Source: Octopus vulgaris
Taxonomy: Eukaryota
Reading direction: 5' to 3'
DNA length: 64,000 bases
NCBI GenBank assembly: GCA_951406725.2
Contig: OX597822.1
Location: 100,192,001-100,256,000 of the forward strand
The translations under genes and the position numbers were made by a program. This document shows positions 49,456 to 62,258 of this stretch, in pieces; within the stretch, counting starts at the first letter, position 1; every line of letters begins with the position of its first letter. A model generated the notes under the pieces. It ran no database searches, was not told the DNA's origin, and saw only the letters and a list, made by a program, of their open reading frames with translations.

Positions 49456-50235
49456 GCTTGCATTTGCTGCACTTGTGGCTTTAGATTGTTATTTAGCCTG
49501 CATTTGCTGCACTTGTGGCTTTAGAATTTTCCTACTTTCAAGTATGGGGCAGTGTCTAGTTTTATTGATTCTGTTAGTTCATTCTATGATAAGGCTTTTT
49601 AGAGTCTAATTGGATCTAAATGAAAGTTTTTAAGTTATTAGTAACAGTAAGGAAAATAGTGGTAGTTATAATTTCAATACAACAGTATATTCTAACCTAC
49701 CTACTCTTTGTGTAATGCTAAATGAAATGAGTTAAATGGAATAAACAGTTAAGGTGGTGGTAGTAGAGGAGGCATTGGTGGTGATGCTTGAAATGGGGAA
49801 TGATGAAAGAAAGAGAAAACGGATGGAGATTTAAGCACAAAGAGGGAGAGGAGAAGGAAAAAAAAATCAGTGTCTTTAGTTATCATTTTCTCGGTCTTTT
49901 TCTGCATTTGTTTTAAGTGCTTTAGAAATTGTACCTTTGTATATATAAGAAAAAAAAAAGAATTATTTCAGTACTAGAATGGAAAATGTATGTGTGTGCA
50001 TGGATGTCTCTCTCTCTCCATATGAAAGAGATATAGATGATGAAGGTATCAGTCTAATGTAATTCTGATACCTGTTACAATTGTTTCAGTAGCATTCCAT
50101 TTTGAACCACACCACACAGTTTTATGTGATAAATTACATAAAACTTGTGTAAAATATGCATGGTTGAAATAATGTGAAATGGCATTTTCTTCAGATGATA
50201 TATATATATATATATAAATATATACACACACACAT

Positions 50236-50427
50236 TCAAAATGTACCGTTGGTGATTTTTTTTTCCTCCGTCTTCCCTTCTCTGGATCTTTCCTTTTCCT
50301 ATGTTTCTGATGAAGAGCTCCGCTCAAAATGTAAAACCCTCCTTCCTGAGCATCCAATAGTACTATATTTGTTCCACGTCCTCGCGTTGTTGTTATGTTT
50401 TCTCTTTGTGTTTTCATGTTTGGATTA

Positions 50428-50432
<5 letters not shown>
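50236..50432 (+). mobile_element. Penelope-like pLTR fragment with degenerate minimal hammerhead (50303-50337)
   Basis: gttt-ctgatga-a-gagc tcc gctc-aaaa-tgta-aaac: stems I and II and CUGAUGA are intact, GAAA reads AAAA; flanked by (TA)n on both sides. Confidence 0.6.
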
Positions 50433-50485
<53 letters not shown>

Positions 50486-50497
50486 CATACACATACC

Positions 50498-50890
50498 TAC
50501 TGGATGATATGCTGTGCTTGCAAAGACCTGTCAAGCCAAGTGAAATTAGTCTTGGCCAATGTGCTGTGTGACTGGCACCTGTGCCAGTGGCATGTATAAA
50601 GCATCGTTCAAATGTTGGACTTCATGGAGGCAGTGACAGGTGACTGAGACCTTTGGTGGTATACCTTGCTTGAGAAGACCTGTCAAGCCAAGTGAGATTG
50701 TAGTCATGGCTGATGCTGGTGCTGCGTAACTGGCACCCATGCTGGTGGCATGTAAAAAGCACCCACTACACTCTTGGAGTGGTTGACATTAGGAGACCAT
50801 GCCAAATCAGACTGGAACTTGGGTGCAGCTTACCAGTTCTGCCAAACTGTCCAACCCATGCCAGCATGGAAAACAGACATTAAATGATGA
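50498..50890 (+). mobile_element. RTE 3' UTR-derived repeat, diverged
   Basis: gctgtgcttgcaaagacctgtcaagccaagtga (twice), aaaaagcacccactacactc, cccatgccagcatggaaa..aaatgatgat. Confidence 0.7.
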
Positions 50891-51542
50891 TTACTGTTCC
50901 TTAACAGCTCTTCCTTGGCTCGTTCTTGTTTCCTTCACCATCATCCCACCCAAGAAACTAATGCTCACTGCATCCAACTCCCCATCTAATCATTTGTCAT
51001 ATTTTTTTTCATACGCTTGAACTTACCTGCCCACACTTTCTGTTCCTCTAATCCTCTTCTTATGCCCTCACCATCTCCCTTTCCAGCTGGGAAGCCATGT
51101 ATTCTCCTTTTCAGTATCATCTGTTCTTGTCTCTCTATAATACTTTCACCACCTTCAGTACTATACATCACTCGGTTGTTGGGTCTTGTTTTGCAAGTAT
51201 CTGATGACCTCACTAGTGCTGGTGCCATGGGAAAAAAGAAGCACTCAGTACACTCTGTATATTGCTTGGCATTAGGAAGGACATTTGGCTGTAGAAACCA
51301 TGCCAAAGTAAACATTGGCAGTTGAGGCAGTCTCTGGCTCATTGGTTCCTTTCGTATGATACGATCCATGCCAGCATGATAGAAGGGGCATTATATAAGC
51401 TGTACTCAGAGTAGAAAAGATTATGTAAGCTGTTACTCAGTTTTACGTTACTGTCCATCATGCAGAAGTGAATTTCTCAAACAATACAATGGTTTATAAA
51501 TACTTATAAATAGGGCCATGATAATTTTTTTAATTACTTATA

Positions 51543-51960
51543 GGCGCAGGAGTGGCTGTGTGGTAAGTAGCTTGTTTACCAACCACATGGTTCCGGGTTC
51601 AGTCCCACTGCGTGGCACCTCGGGCAAGTGTCTTCTACTATAGCCTCAGGCCGACCAAAGCCTTGTGAGTGGATTTGGTAGATGGAAACTGAAAAGAAGC
51701 CCGTCGTATATATGTATATATATATATATATATATATGCATGTGTGTGTTTGTGTGTCTGTGTTTGTGCCCCTAGCATTGCTTGACAACCGATGCTGGTG
51801 TGTTTATGTCCCCGTTACGTAGCGGTTCGGCAAAAGAGACCGATAGAATAAGTACTGGGCTTACAAAAGAATAAGTCCCGGTGTCGAGTTGCTCGATTAA
51901 AGGCGGTGCTCCAGAATGGCCACAGTCAAATGACTGAAACATGTAAAAGAGTAAAGAGTA
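51543..51960 (+). mobile_element. CORE-like tRNA SINE (family A), full length
   Basis: ggcgcaggagtggctgtgtggtaag through gtaaaagagtaaagagta. Confidence 0.9.
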
Positions 51961-52236
51961 TCCAATTAACATTTAAAGCTGATTTGACAGAAGTTATTAC
52001 TTTTCAAAATTATTGGAATTTGTTGGATAAAAATGACTGTTGACAAAAAAATTTAAATATTGAAAAAAGTAATAAATTAAATTAAAAATTGAATAACTCA
52101 TATAAACAAGGTAATAGGCATAATAAATGCAATGGGGAAAAAAATTTTTTTATACCTATATAATAGTTGTCCCTTAAGTACTATTCATCTCTGTCCTAGT
52201 CCTATTTCATTTATGAATAGTTCCAAGTAACATCTC

Positions 52237-52625
52237 ATGGATGCTCTGGGGTGTTTCTTCAGTGATGTGTCTGGAGTCTTAGGGGCTTTTAGGTCTAACA
52301 ACATCTGGTTCCCTCACCCATTTGAACCAGCTAGGGTTGATCATGCCCCAGCTTGCATCCCAGTAGAAGCAAAATTGTTGTTTTTCCCTCTTCATCCAAA
52401 GCTACTGTGTGTCCTACGCCTCTTTGCTGCACCATTAGCTTCAAGCCCAGTCAGGTCCTCACAGGTTGAAAACCTCTCACAATCCTGGTAGCATATTTCA
52501 GTTTTCTCATAATGTGTCCATCAGTGCAAATACCATGAGCTTCTCTACTAGCTCCGGTTATTTGGTGCCTTTCCTCTCACGAAGCTCTTTCATGTGGTTT
52601 TCCCAAGACATAATCAGTTCCCATA
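52237..52625 (-). mobile_element. Relic 3' end of a restriction-like-endonuclease non-LTR retrotransposon (Hero-like)
   Basis: Minus strand ELIMSWENHMKELRERKGTK*PELVE...LWMKR resembles the RLE C-terminal ELTVPWE....A.ERK..KY..L...WLW.KR pattern, followed by a UTR-like tgatcaaccc...catcactga..cagagcatcc. Confidence 0.55.
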
Positions 52626-53142
52626 TGATTGCATTTGATAGAAAAATGAGAAACAGAGGCATTGGTGGAATATGTTCATTATATCTACACCTGTTTATTA
52701 TTACAAATGCAAACATCAAATCTTGGACATAAATTATTTCATACCTATAACTATGAAGTACAGAAATTAAAATATTACATATAAAGCAGAAATATCTCCA
52801 AAATGGATATTGTTTATGTTTAGTTCACCAGTGCATTTAAATTCTATATTTCTTGAAATAACAAAGATTATTGAACCTTGTTGGAAATACATGTTACCAA
52901 TATATAAAACAGAAAATAATGATAACCTATGTTAGTTATCTAACCTAAAACTTTAAACATGTGAATCAAAAACAGTCATTGATACTCCACAATCTATAAC
53001 ATACTTCAGAAATGAAAATATAAGTACCAAACTTAAAAAAACTAAGTACTGTGATCAATTTACCTGACCCAGGCCATGATGTTGGTGCCTTAGCATGACT
53101 GTAGTCCAATGATTGAAGTCAGTAAAAGATAAAAGATATATG

Positions 53143-53534
53143 TCTAATATATAAAAGTGAAGTTGTGTGTCTGTCTCCTACGATTTAGATTCCTAACTAC
53201 TCCCACATTTTGCGGTGCAGTTTAACCAAAACCGGGTATCTTGTAGTCATGATTCATATCAAGCCCTTCTGGATATTAGCGCGCGTCTACGATGAGTCTA
53301 CGATTTTAAAAATAATTTACCGTCATTTTTTTCCATTTTAATGCATTTTTTCGCTATTATATAAGGGAAGTAACTCTCTAAAAATGTCTACGATGAGTCA
53401 ACGATTAAAAAAAAAATTTACCATTTTTTTTCCATTTTTAATGCATTTTTTGCTATTTTTTGACTATAACTCTCTAAAAATGCTTTATAGTTATTTCCCT
53501 TACAAACCCGAGCAACGCCGGGCGATACTGCTAG
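53143..53534 (+). mobile_element. Non-autonomous Helitron (same family as 4987-5389)
   Basis: TC start, cccgagcaacgccggg hairpin, CTAG|T end. Confidence 0.88.
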
Positions 53535-54839
53535 TGTCTAATAAAATATAAGACACATAGAGAGTGTGATGTACATGATAAATATTCATTACACACACAC
53601 ACACACACACACAAAATTTTTCATCATTTAGCATTTGTATTCCATGCTGGCATGGGTTGGATGATTTGACAGTCTGACAGATTAGAGGACTACATCAAGG
53701 TCCAATGTTTGTTTCAGCCTGAATTTTATGGCTGGATGCCCTTCATAAACACCTGGTACTTCAGATAGAGTACTGGGTGCTTTTCTCATGTCAGTAATAT
53801 ATGTAAATTTATACATTATATATAAAATATATTGTGAATTTGTATATTATATATTTTGTAACTTTGTATGTTCATCATCATTAAATGTCCGTGTTCCATG
53901 CAGGCATGGGTCGATGATGAATTGACAGCATCTGGTGGATCTGAGGACTTCATTGTGGTCCAGTGTCTACTTTGTCATGGTTTCTGTGGCTGGATGTCCT
54001 TCCTAATGTCAACCACATCACTGCATGTACTGTGTTCTTTTTCACACCCTAGCACTAGTGATGTTACCACGTATCTTTGCAAGACTACAAAACCTGATGG
54101 GTGGAGCTTTATGAAAGGAGATGAGAAGGTAAGTGGGATGGGAGTGGGGGCGAGCAGTTTCTTGTAGAGATGATACATTGCTACACCCATTTAGAAGTGA
54201 AGTTGCGGATGATCAACTGGAGCTGCAAGTCTAGGCGTTTCCTTGAGATATGAGGTGAGTAGAAGTGAGTGGGGGGTCAGAGAAACTTGGTGTGTGGGTG
54301 GTTGGGGTTTTGCAAGTGTTTAGTGGAGCAAGGCATGGGGGGAATGGGTGGTAGGCAACATCTGCAAAGATTGGGTAGTTTTGATGGGTGGATTTAGAGA
54401 GTGATGGATGATTAATGATGCATGAATTATTGAAGGTAGACGAATGTGGAAGAGTTTGGGGGAAGAGTGGCAGGATAATAATAATAATGATAGTAATGAT
54501 GATACAGTTTACAGGGAGAACAAGAGAGAGATGACATGTAGTTGGGTAGGCTGCAAGATTGGTTGGGGACAGGTGTAGTGCATGAGGGGAGATAATTTGG
54601 TAGTTCACTAGTGGTGAGGGTGATCAATAATGTGTCGGGTAAGAGAGGAATAGTTAAAGGATGAAGACTGGCTAACAAGTGGAATGGCTTTAGATAGTAT
54701 GAAAAAGTAGAATGGTATCAAAAAGGAGCTGCAGTGAGAGAGAGATGATGGGTGAGCAGGGAGAAATGTTAGGAGACTGGCTGAAGTGCTCCATTTGAGG
54801 AGTGCTTCTACAAGTCAGTTTTGCAGAGATGGGCAGGTC

Positions 54840-55460
54840 TTTTTGAAAACTTCATATTGTCAGACACCCTAGTCCTGAGGTTGACCTTCACCACTTCATC
54901 CCTTGTCTTCGTGGGTCTACTTTTTTCATATGTTCCAATTGCATTGTGTGATTTGCAGCTGTCCTCATTCATGGACATCACATATCCATATCAACAGTCT
55001 TCTTTCTTGCACTACATTTGATGCCTCTTATTCTCAGTTTTTCTCTCAGCATATTTTGTACTATGTTGTTCATGCACACTTACATTGCAATGGAGCATGC
55101 TTGTTCCATTTCCTTCCAATGTTCTCAAGTCCTCTGCATTCAGCGCCCATGTCTCACTACCTTGCAGCATTGTGGTTCTAACACAAGCATCACACACACA
55201 CTGCCCTTCACTCTGAGGAAAAGGCTTTGATGTCACCAGCTCCCTGGTCTTACTCTGATTACTATACTTTTGGAGCAGCCACCTCCCTTGCTAATTGCAT
55301 CTCCAAGGTAACACAAGCTACCAACTACTTCTAGTAATCCATACAATCATTCAAAAGTACCAATTTCCAGTGTGTTCACAATACATACTGCTCCACGGCA
55401 TCTAACATATGTGAAGTTTATGTTCTCTGCTAGTTTGCTTGTGATTCCACTATATCTCTT
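54840..55460 (-). mobile_element. Degenerate RTE LINE fragment
   Basis: DACVRTTMLQGSETWALNAEDLRTLE (ORF 55012-55236). Confidence 0.75.
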
Positions 55461-55699
55461 GGTAGCAAAATGAAAAGTATAAGTAGGAAGGACAGGACCC
55501 TGATACCATCAGAAAAGTGGCATTGCTTCTGATGCAAAAAAGATCTTGTTAGAAATTGTATGTGTCCAGTGTAAATAATGGACACACGAGGCATGTAATA
55601 GGATTTTGGGTAGGGTAATAGAAAAGGGATATTTCATATATAGCTAGTGTAATAGGGCAATAAATATTAAGATCACTTGAGAAATAGATTCTGAAATGC

Positions 55700-56480
55700 C
55701 TGAATCACTGTGTAGAAGTAGTTGATAGTTTTTGTTACCTAGGTGACCTAATTAGCAATGGGTCTGAGTATTCTGAAAGTGTGGTAACCCAAGTTAAAAA
55801 AAAAAAAGTAAAGAGGGTTGTTACTCCTGATGGTAAGAAAGAACTTGTCCCTTCAAAATGAAGGGTAGATTGAGTAATATTCATGATGTTGCAGAGCAGC
55901 AAGCCATGAGCTTTGAATGCAGAAGACCTGCCTAAACTAAGAAGAATTGATGCGATTGCACTTTGCTAGATCTGTTATGTTAGTGTTCATGAACAAAATA
56001 CAAATGAACTGAGACACATTGGATGTAAGAGGAACTGCATGTAGTGTGCAAAAGAAGTCTATGCTGATGTGGACAAGGGATGTATTTAGGGGCATGAAAT
56101 TTTAGTTGTGGTTGATACTAGTGCTGTCTGACAGGCACCCGTGCTCGTGGTACATAAAACGCACCACTCAAGCATTGGGCCTCGTGGAGATAGTGACAGG
56201 TGACCAAGACCTTTGGCGATATACTATGCTTGTGTAGACCTGTCAAGCCAAGTGAGACTGTAGTTGTGGCCAGTGCCAGTGTCAGGTCAATGGCACCACT
56301 CTCGGTGCAGCTCCCTGGCTTACCAGTTTTCAGTCAAACCATCCAACCCATAATGATGATGATGATAACTATGTCAGGTAAAGTTAAATACTGTAAGTGA
56401 ATGGCACCTGTATAAAGAGGGAGATTCAGGAAGTCTTTGGATGAAATGATGGAAAATAATTTCAAATTGATACATTTGTT
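55700..56480 (+). mobile_element. Degenerate RTE LINE fragment, split by an RTE-UTR repeat
   Basis: gtagaagtagttgatagtttttgttacctaggtgac (VEVVDSFCYLGD) and later gagggagattcaggaagtctttggatgaa (a GRPRKTWDE relic). Confidence 0.6.
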
Positions 56481-57252
56481 AAAGGAGAGGTTGTTTCATT
56501 TCACAAAGAATATGGAAAAGGACAGCATTGATTGATGACTTGCTATGCAGGAGAAAATCTACCTAGGCCATCCAGGCAGGGTAAATTGGATGTTAAAATT
56601 TGTGTGTGTGTATGTATATATAAGGCTATATCATTAGATATGTATACTTGTGCATGTGTGTGTGTGTGTCCTCATGATCATTTGAGATCTATTTTTACTG
56701 GCTTGTATGCATCAGATGAAATTTGTTGAGACAGCTTTCCTATGGTGAGATGCCTTACTGCTCATCAACCCTCATCTTTTCTCAAGCAGACTAATATTTC
56801 CTCATGGCCAGATATGCTTTTTTTATTCCAGCAGAAGACTGGAATAGAATAGCATTCATTATATGGTGGTGATACTCAAGACGTCAAGATATGAGTATAT
56901 GCACATGTGCAATGGGCCTCTTCCAGTTTCCATCTACCAAATCCGCTTAATTTTGCTTTGTTGGCCCCAGGGTTATAGAAGACACTTCCTCAAAGTGCCA
57001 TGCAGTGGGAATGAACATAGGCACACACACACACACAACCTGCTTCAACACAGTTTTTATCTACCGAATTCACTCACAAATCATTGGTTGTCTCAGTAGA
57101 AGAGACTTGTCCAAGGTACTGCACTGTGGAACTGAACCTGAAACCATGTGGTTGCAAAGCAAGCCTCTTAACCACAGCCAAATATTTGTGATAAAATGTT
57201 TGTGTTGTCAGTTGTAGTGGGGCAAGCTTCAGATAGCAGTTGAATTAAGCCT

Positions 57253-57625
57253 CGCAGGTGTGGCTGTGTGGTAAGAAGTTTGCTTTTCAACCACATGGTT
57301 CTAGGTTCACTCCCAGTTCATGGCACCTTGGGCAAATATCATATAGCCTTGGGTCAACCAAAGCCTTGTGAGCAGATTTGGTAGAAGGGAACTGAAAAAG
57401 CTGTGTGTGTGTGTGTATTTTGCCTTCCTCTCCCACTGCTTGATAACTGGTGTTGGTGTGTTTACGTCCCTGTTACTTAGTAGTTCAGCAAAAGGGACTA
57501 ATAGAATAAGTAACAGGGTTAAAAAAAAAGCAAATAATTACTGGTATTGATTAGTTCAGCTAAAATTCCTCAAGATGGCGCCCCATCATGGCTGTAGTCT
57601 AATGACTGAAACAAAAGATAAAAGA
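57253..57625 (+). mobile_element. CORE-like tRNA SINE (family A, older)
   Basis: cgcaggtgtggctgtgtggtaag...ccttgggcaaa...gactgaaacaaaagataaaaga. Confidence 0.75.
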
Positions 57626-58275
57626 TATGCAATAATGGAGCAACTTACCAAGGCCACTGGAATATAACAAGGAACCTGGTGTGTCATGTTTGGGACGTGC
57701 TTTGCTTCTATGGTTTTCTCCTGTTGTTTAGTTTGCCACAAGCAAAGTCATTTTGTTTCCATTTAAAATTAGAAACATGGTACCTTGATAAACTGTGCAA
57801 CAGGAGCTTTTAATGTTATGATATACCTTCCTTACCTGTGCTTGAGAAATTGCATTTTTACGTAATATCTGATATAAATGTTGGTTGGTTGATGTATTTT
57901 AGTCATGCTTTACTCCATATAGTGAGAAAAAGGGATACAGTGAGAGTTAACATCAGAGCTGCAAGATGAGTACATACTCTAGGCTTGGTGGCAGGCAATG
58001 CTTTCATGCATACTCACAGTGAGGAAGGATCATAGATATAGGGAGGAGTATAAATATCTAATTATTAAAGTAGAGAAATTATCAGAAAAGCCATTTCTAT
58101 TCATTCTATATACTCAATGATTTAATTACAAATTTGTACATTAAATTTGCATTTATGTGACATGGGCATAATTTCATCAGAGAAAAAGATATACCTCGAG
58201 ATGTAGCCTACTGTAATTAAATTATTGATATACCTTGAGATGTAGTCTACTGTAATTATATAATATATATATATA

Positions 58276-58830
58276 CTCTTTTACTTGTTTCAGTCATTTG
58301 ACTGCGGCCATGTTGGAGCACCGCCTTTAGTCGAGCAAATCGACCCCGGGACTTATTCTTTGTAAGCCCAGTACTTATTCTATTGATCTCTTTTGCCGAA
58401 CCGCTAAGTGACGGGGACGTAAACACACCAGCATTGGTTGTCAAGCAATGCTAGAGGGACAAACACAGACACACAAACATATACATACACATACATATAT
58501 ATACATATATACGACAGGCTTCTTTCAGTTTCCGTCTACCAAATCCACTCACAAGGCATTGGTCGGCCCGAGGCTATAGCAGAAGACACTTGCCCAAGGT
58601 GCCACGCAGTGGGACTGAACCCAGAACCATGTGGTTGGTACTTACCACACAGCCACTCATATATATATATACACATACTATTTTACTTGTTTCAGTCATT
58701 TGACTGTGGCCATGCCTTTAGTCGAGCAAATTGACCCCAGGACTTATTCTATTGGTCTCTTTTGCCGAACCACTAAGTTACAGGGATGTAAACACACTAG
58801 CATCGGTTGTCAAGCGATGTTGGGGGGATA
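58276..58830 (-). mobile_element. CORE-like tRNA SINE (family A, 58276-58658) plus adjacent partial copy (58680-58830)
   Basis: ctcttttacttgtttcagtcatttgactg...cacacagccactc; the second tail begins at 58680. Confidence 0.85.
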
Positions 58831-59194
58831 AATATATACACTGTATATACAATGTAAAATTGTTATTTGCACCATGTGCAGTGAAATCTGAAACAATTAT
58901 TTGCATATTCGCTATGTGTACAGTCAGATGCTAGTTGCTGTAATGCATGTCATAGAACTCCTCCCTTTTATGATGACTGTTCACAACACTCAGCTCATTA
59001 GTGCATGGTATCTTGGGATATTAGTGCTTCAACATGTATCTTAAGAGATGGGGAGAGGAGTGCGCGTGTGTGTGTGTGTGTGTAAACTTCCTCATAAAAT
59101 CAAAATGTGGAAAAATTTTATTCTAAGGTAACAGATATTTTCTTTTGGAATTTAGCATTCACTTCATTGCATCTAGAAAGTTGATAAGGTTTAA

Positions 59195-59415
59195 CCCTTT
59201 AGCATTTAAACCGGCCATATCCGGCCAAAAGTATTCTGCCTGTTTTATGTTCAAACTGGCCAGATCTGGTCTCTCACACCAACCCTACAATATCGTTTTA
59301 AAAATTAACAGCTACCTCATCAAAATCTCATAGCTACAAGATAATGCACAATTAATTCAAAACAATGTGGATAAAAAAGCATTAGTTTTGGCTGAATAAT
59401 GTGAACACTAAAGGG
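59195..59415. mobile_element. piggyBac-like MITE P2, intact
   Basis: ttaa|ccctttagcattt...cactaaaggg|ttaa. Confidence 0.9.
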
Positions 59416-60189
59416 TTAATTATAATTATTGAATGTATGCCACATATTTCCTGATATTATCCATTGTTGCAAATGTATACTTTCAAAGTAATCTGTCGTG
59501 TGACAGTTAACACTAGTATAAATAGACTTTCATAGTAAAGTTGAGCTTCATTGTTTAGCTTTAGTTCAACCTTAACTGAGCAGTTCTGTAGTCAAAGATG
59601 TTCTAGTCGTCACGATCTTGTTCTTTTCTCAAGCTTTCCTTTTAATAGGACTACATTATACTATGTGCCTTCTGTATTTGCAAATATTGTGATTTGGGAG
59701 TAATTTGTTTGCTAGTTCTTGTAGGTCAGTTGACCTGCAGAGGTTGGTGTGTAAGTTTAAATAGTTTTGATTGCAATCACTTAAAATTTTTTACAGATTT
59801 TAATAGCTGACAATACAGTAATACCTTTTGTGATCAGGTTTCTAATATTTGTTTATGTTTTAATGTTTGTAACCTGCTTAGAGTAATATATAAAAATAAT
59901 TTTCTCTTTTCTTAATCTAGTTAATCTAGTGTTTAGATATATCTTAAATAGTCATACTTAAAATTTATAATGGTTTTATTTTCAATGTGAACTCTTTTGA
60001 ACTGGAGGTTGGTTTTTTTGTTCTGGCTGTGTCTTTTGCATCCCTGTCAGTTTTGTTTCTTCTGAGGTTGATAAAACAAGTTGCAAAATCACGGGGTTAC
60101 AATAAATGACTAAAATTTATTGAAGATGATACCTAGTATGATTACAGTTCAATGACTAAAATTAGTTAAACCTTATTCTTTATTGATTA

Positions 60190-60532
60190 CTAGCTGACCA
60201 CATGGCATCAATAATGACGGCTAATTCTAGTATTTTATATAAAAATAAGGTACAAACATTCACATATTTCCCTTGTACACGGACACACTTACTCATGCAA
60301 AGTTGAAATGCTGATTTTTTTTTTCCACTCCTTCCTTATTCATCTATCACTCCTTTCTTTCTCTCATTGCTATTACTTTCTATCATTCCCTCTCAGTTAG
60401 GGCTATTACTCTCACTACTTCTCCTTCACTGAATTGCTATTTTCTCTCCTCTGTGTCTGACGGGATTCTGGACATATATATATATATATATATACAAACA
60501 TATAAAAACACTATGCTCATTATTATATTAGA
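60190..60532 (-). mobile_element. Probable non-autonomous Helitron
   Basis: Minus strand begins A|TCtaatataataat (60532) and ends cagCTAG|T (60190); hairpin degraded. Confidence 0.5.
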
Positions 60533-60916
60533 TGTCTTATTTAATTTGGATATGCTTTGCTTTACATAAAGAATTCAGGCAAAGAGTTTAATAAAGAGTA
60601 GAGAAAACGGGGAAAATTTATTCCAAGCTTACTCGTCATTCTTAAAGAAGAATATAGTGTTCTTGAATGAATCACATTTTCATACTACTTATGTGTTGGG
60701 AAAAGATAGGGGCTAGTCCCTATCTTTGTCAAATATCTTATTCTCCCTCTGACTCTTCTTACTTCACTTCCATCTCTCAAACATAATGGAAACTACCATC
60801 CTTAGAATCTCTCAATTCCTAGAATCTCTCTCTCTTTCTCCAATGATCACCAGTACAGTTTTCTTGAAATCAGATCTACTGGAGTCCTTTCTGTTAAACA
60901 ACAATTGACCTTTATA

Positions 60917-61307
60917 CTCTTACTCTTTTATTTGTTTCAGTCATTTGACTGCGGCCATGCTGGAGCACCGCCTTTAATCGAGCAACTCGACCCCGGGACT
61001 TATTCTTTGTAAGCCCAGTACTTATTCTATCGGTCTCTTTTGCCGAACCGCTAAGTGACGGGGACATAAACACACCAGCATCGGTTGTTAAGCAATGCTA
61101 GGGGGACAAACACAAACATACACGCACACATATATACATATATACGACGAGCTTCTTTCAGTTTCCGTCTACCAAATCCACTCACAAGGCTTTGGTCGGC
61201 CCGAGGCTATAGTAGAAGACACATGCCCAAGGTGCCACGCAGTGGGACCAAACCCGGAACCATGTGGTTGGTAAACAAGATACTTACCACACAGCCACTC
61301 CTGCGCC
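60917..61307 (-). mobile_element. CORE-like tRNA SINE (family A), full length
   Basis: ctcttactctttt...cacacagccactcctgcgcc. Confidence 0.9.
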
Positions 61308-61956
61308 TACCTTCAAGAAATTTGGTTAAGTGTTGTTCTATTTGTCATCTGTGTCTGGCATGCAAATCTTTTTGCAAAAACTGCCTGTTTCCAGAGTCTC
61401 TCTTCTCTCTTACATCAACAGCTTCCTATTGGATTGTACCATTGTGGTGGCAAAGTACTGGAAATGAACTTTAGAAGGTGGCTATCTCATCTAATCCATA
61501 TTTATTTTCCATGCTCATCTTCTGACCCCATTAAAGCTGACCATGTTATTTGTGAAATGAATTGTGTGTTTAATAATCCCCTTCTGCCTCCAACTGTCAT
61601 TTTCCGTTTTGTGTTTTAATTAAGAGATAAATATTAGCTCTAATTTAGAATGTTATTTCTTTTCGATAATGTATTCTATTTACCTTATTGCTTCCTTGCC
61701 ATTTGTCATCTGCATTAGACTTGTATATTTTTATGCAGCTTCCGTGTGAGTCCTTGCGTGTTAGTCTTTTTTTTCCTTGTTTTTGTTTATCTATTTTGCT
61801 AGTGGGCTTTACAAGCCATGCTGGAGCACTACTGTCAAAGTTAGTCATAACCATGACTTGAATCTGAGTTATTAACCTTCTCAACATAGGGGTAATAACC
61901 ACTAAACAATCATTTCTCTTCACCATAAGAAAGTCAGATTATACTTTTCATTCTCT

Positions 61957-62258
61957 TCATCATCATTTAACGTCTGTTTTCCACGCTAGCATGGGTTGGA
62001 CGGTTCGACTGGGATCTGGAAGCCATGGAGGCTGCACTAGGCTCCAGTCTGATCTGGCAGTGTTTCTATAACTGGATGCCCTTCCTAACACCAACCACTC
62101 CGTGAGTATAGTGGGTGTTTTTTTTATGTGCCACCGGCACAAGGGCCTGAGCAGGCTGGCAAATGGCCACGATCAATTGGTGCTTTTACGTGTCACCGAC
62201 ACGGACGCCAGCCAGACGGCGCTGGCATCTGCCACGTTTGGACGGTGCTTTTTACGTA
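61957..62258 (-). mobile_element. RTE 3'-end-derived repeat
   Basis: (CAT)n, gctagcatgggttggacgg, ctggatgcccttcctaa, repeated modules. Confidence 0.85.

Noticed and set aside
54231-54678. ORFs in a purine-skewed region, possibly a LINE endonuclease relic (FADVAYHP)
   Set aside because: Similarity to APE motifs is too weak to call; mostly low-complexity.
58188-58258. 39-bp tandem duplication (similar short ones at ~49458-49525 and ~21431-21508)
   Set aside because: Ordinary slippage-type duplications with no further structure.
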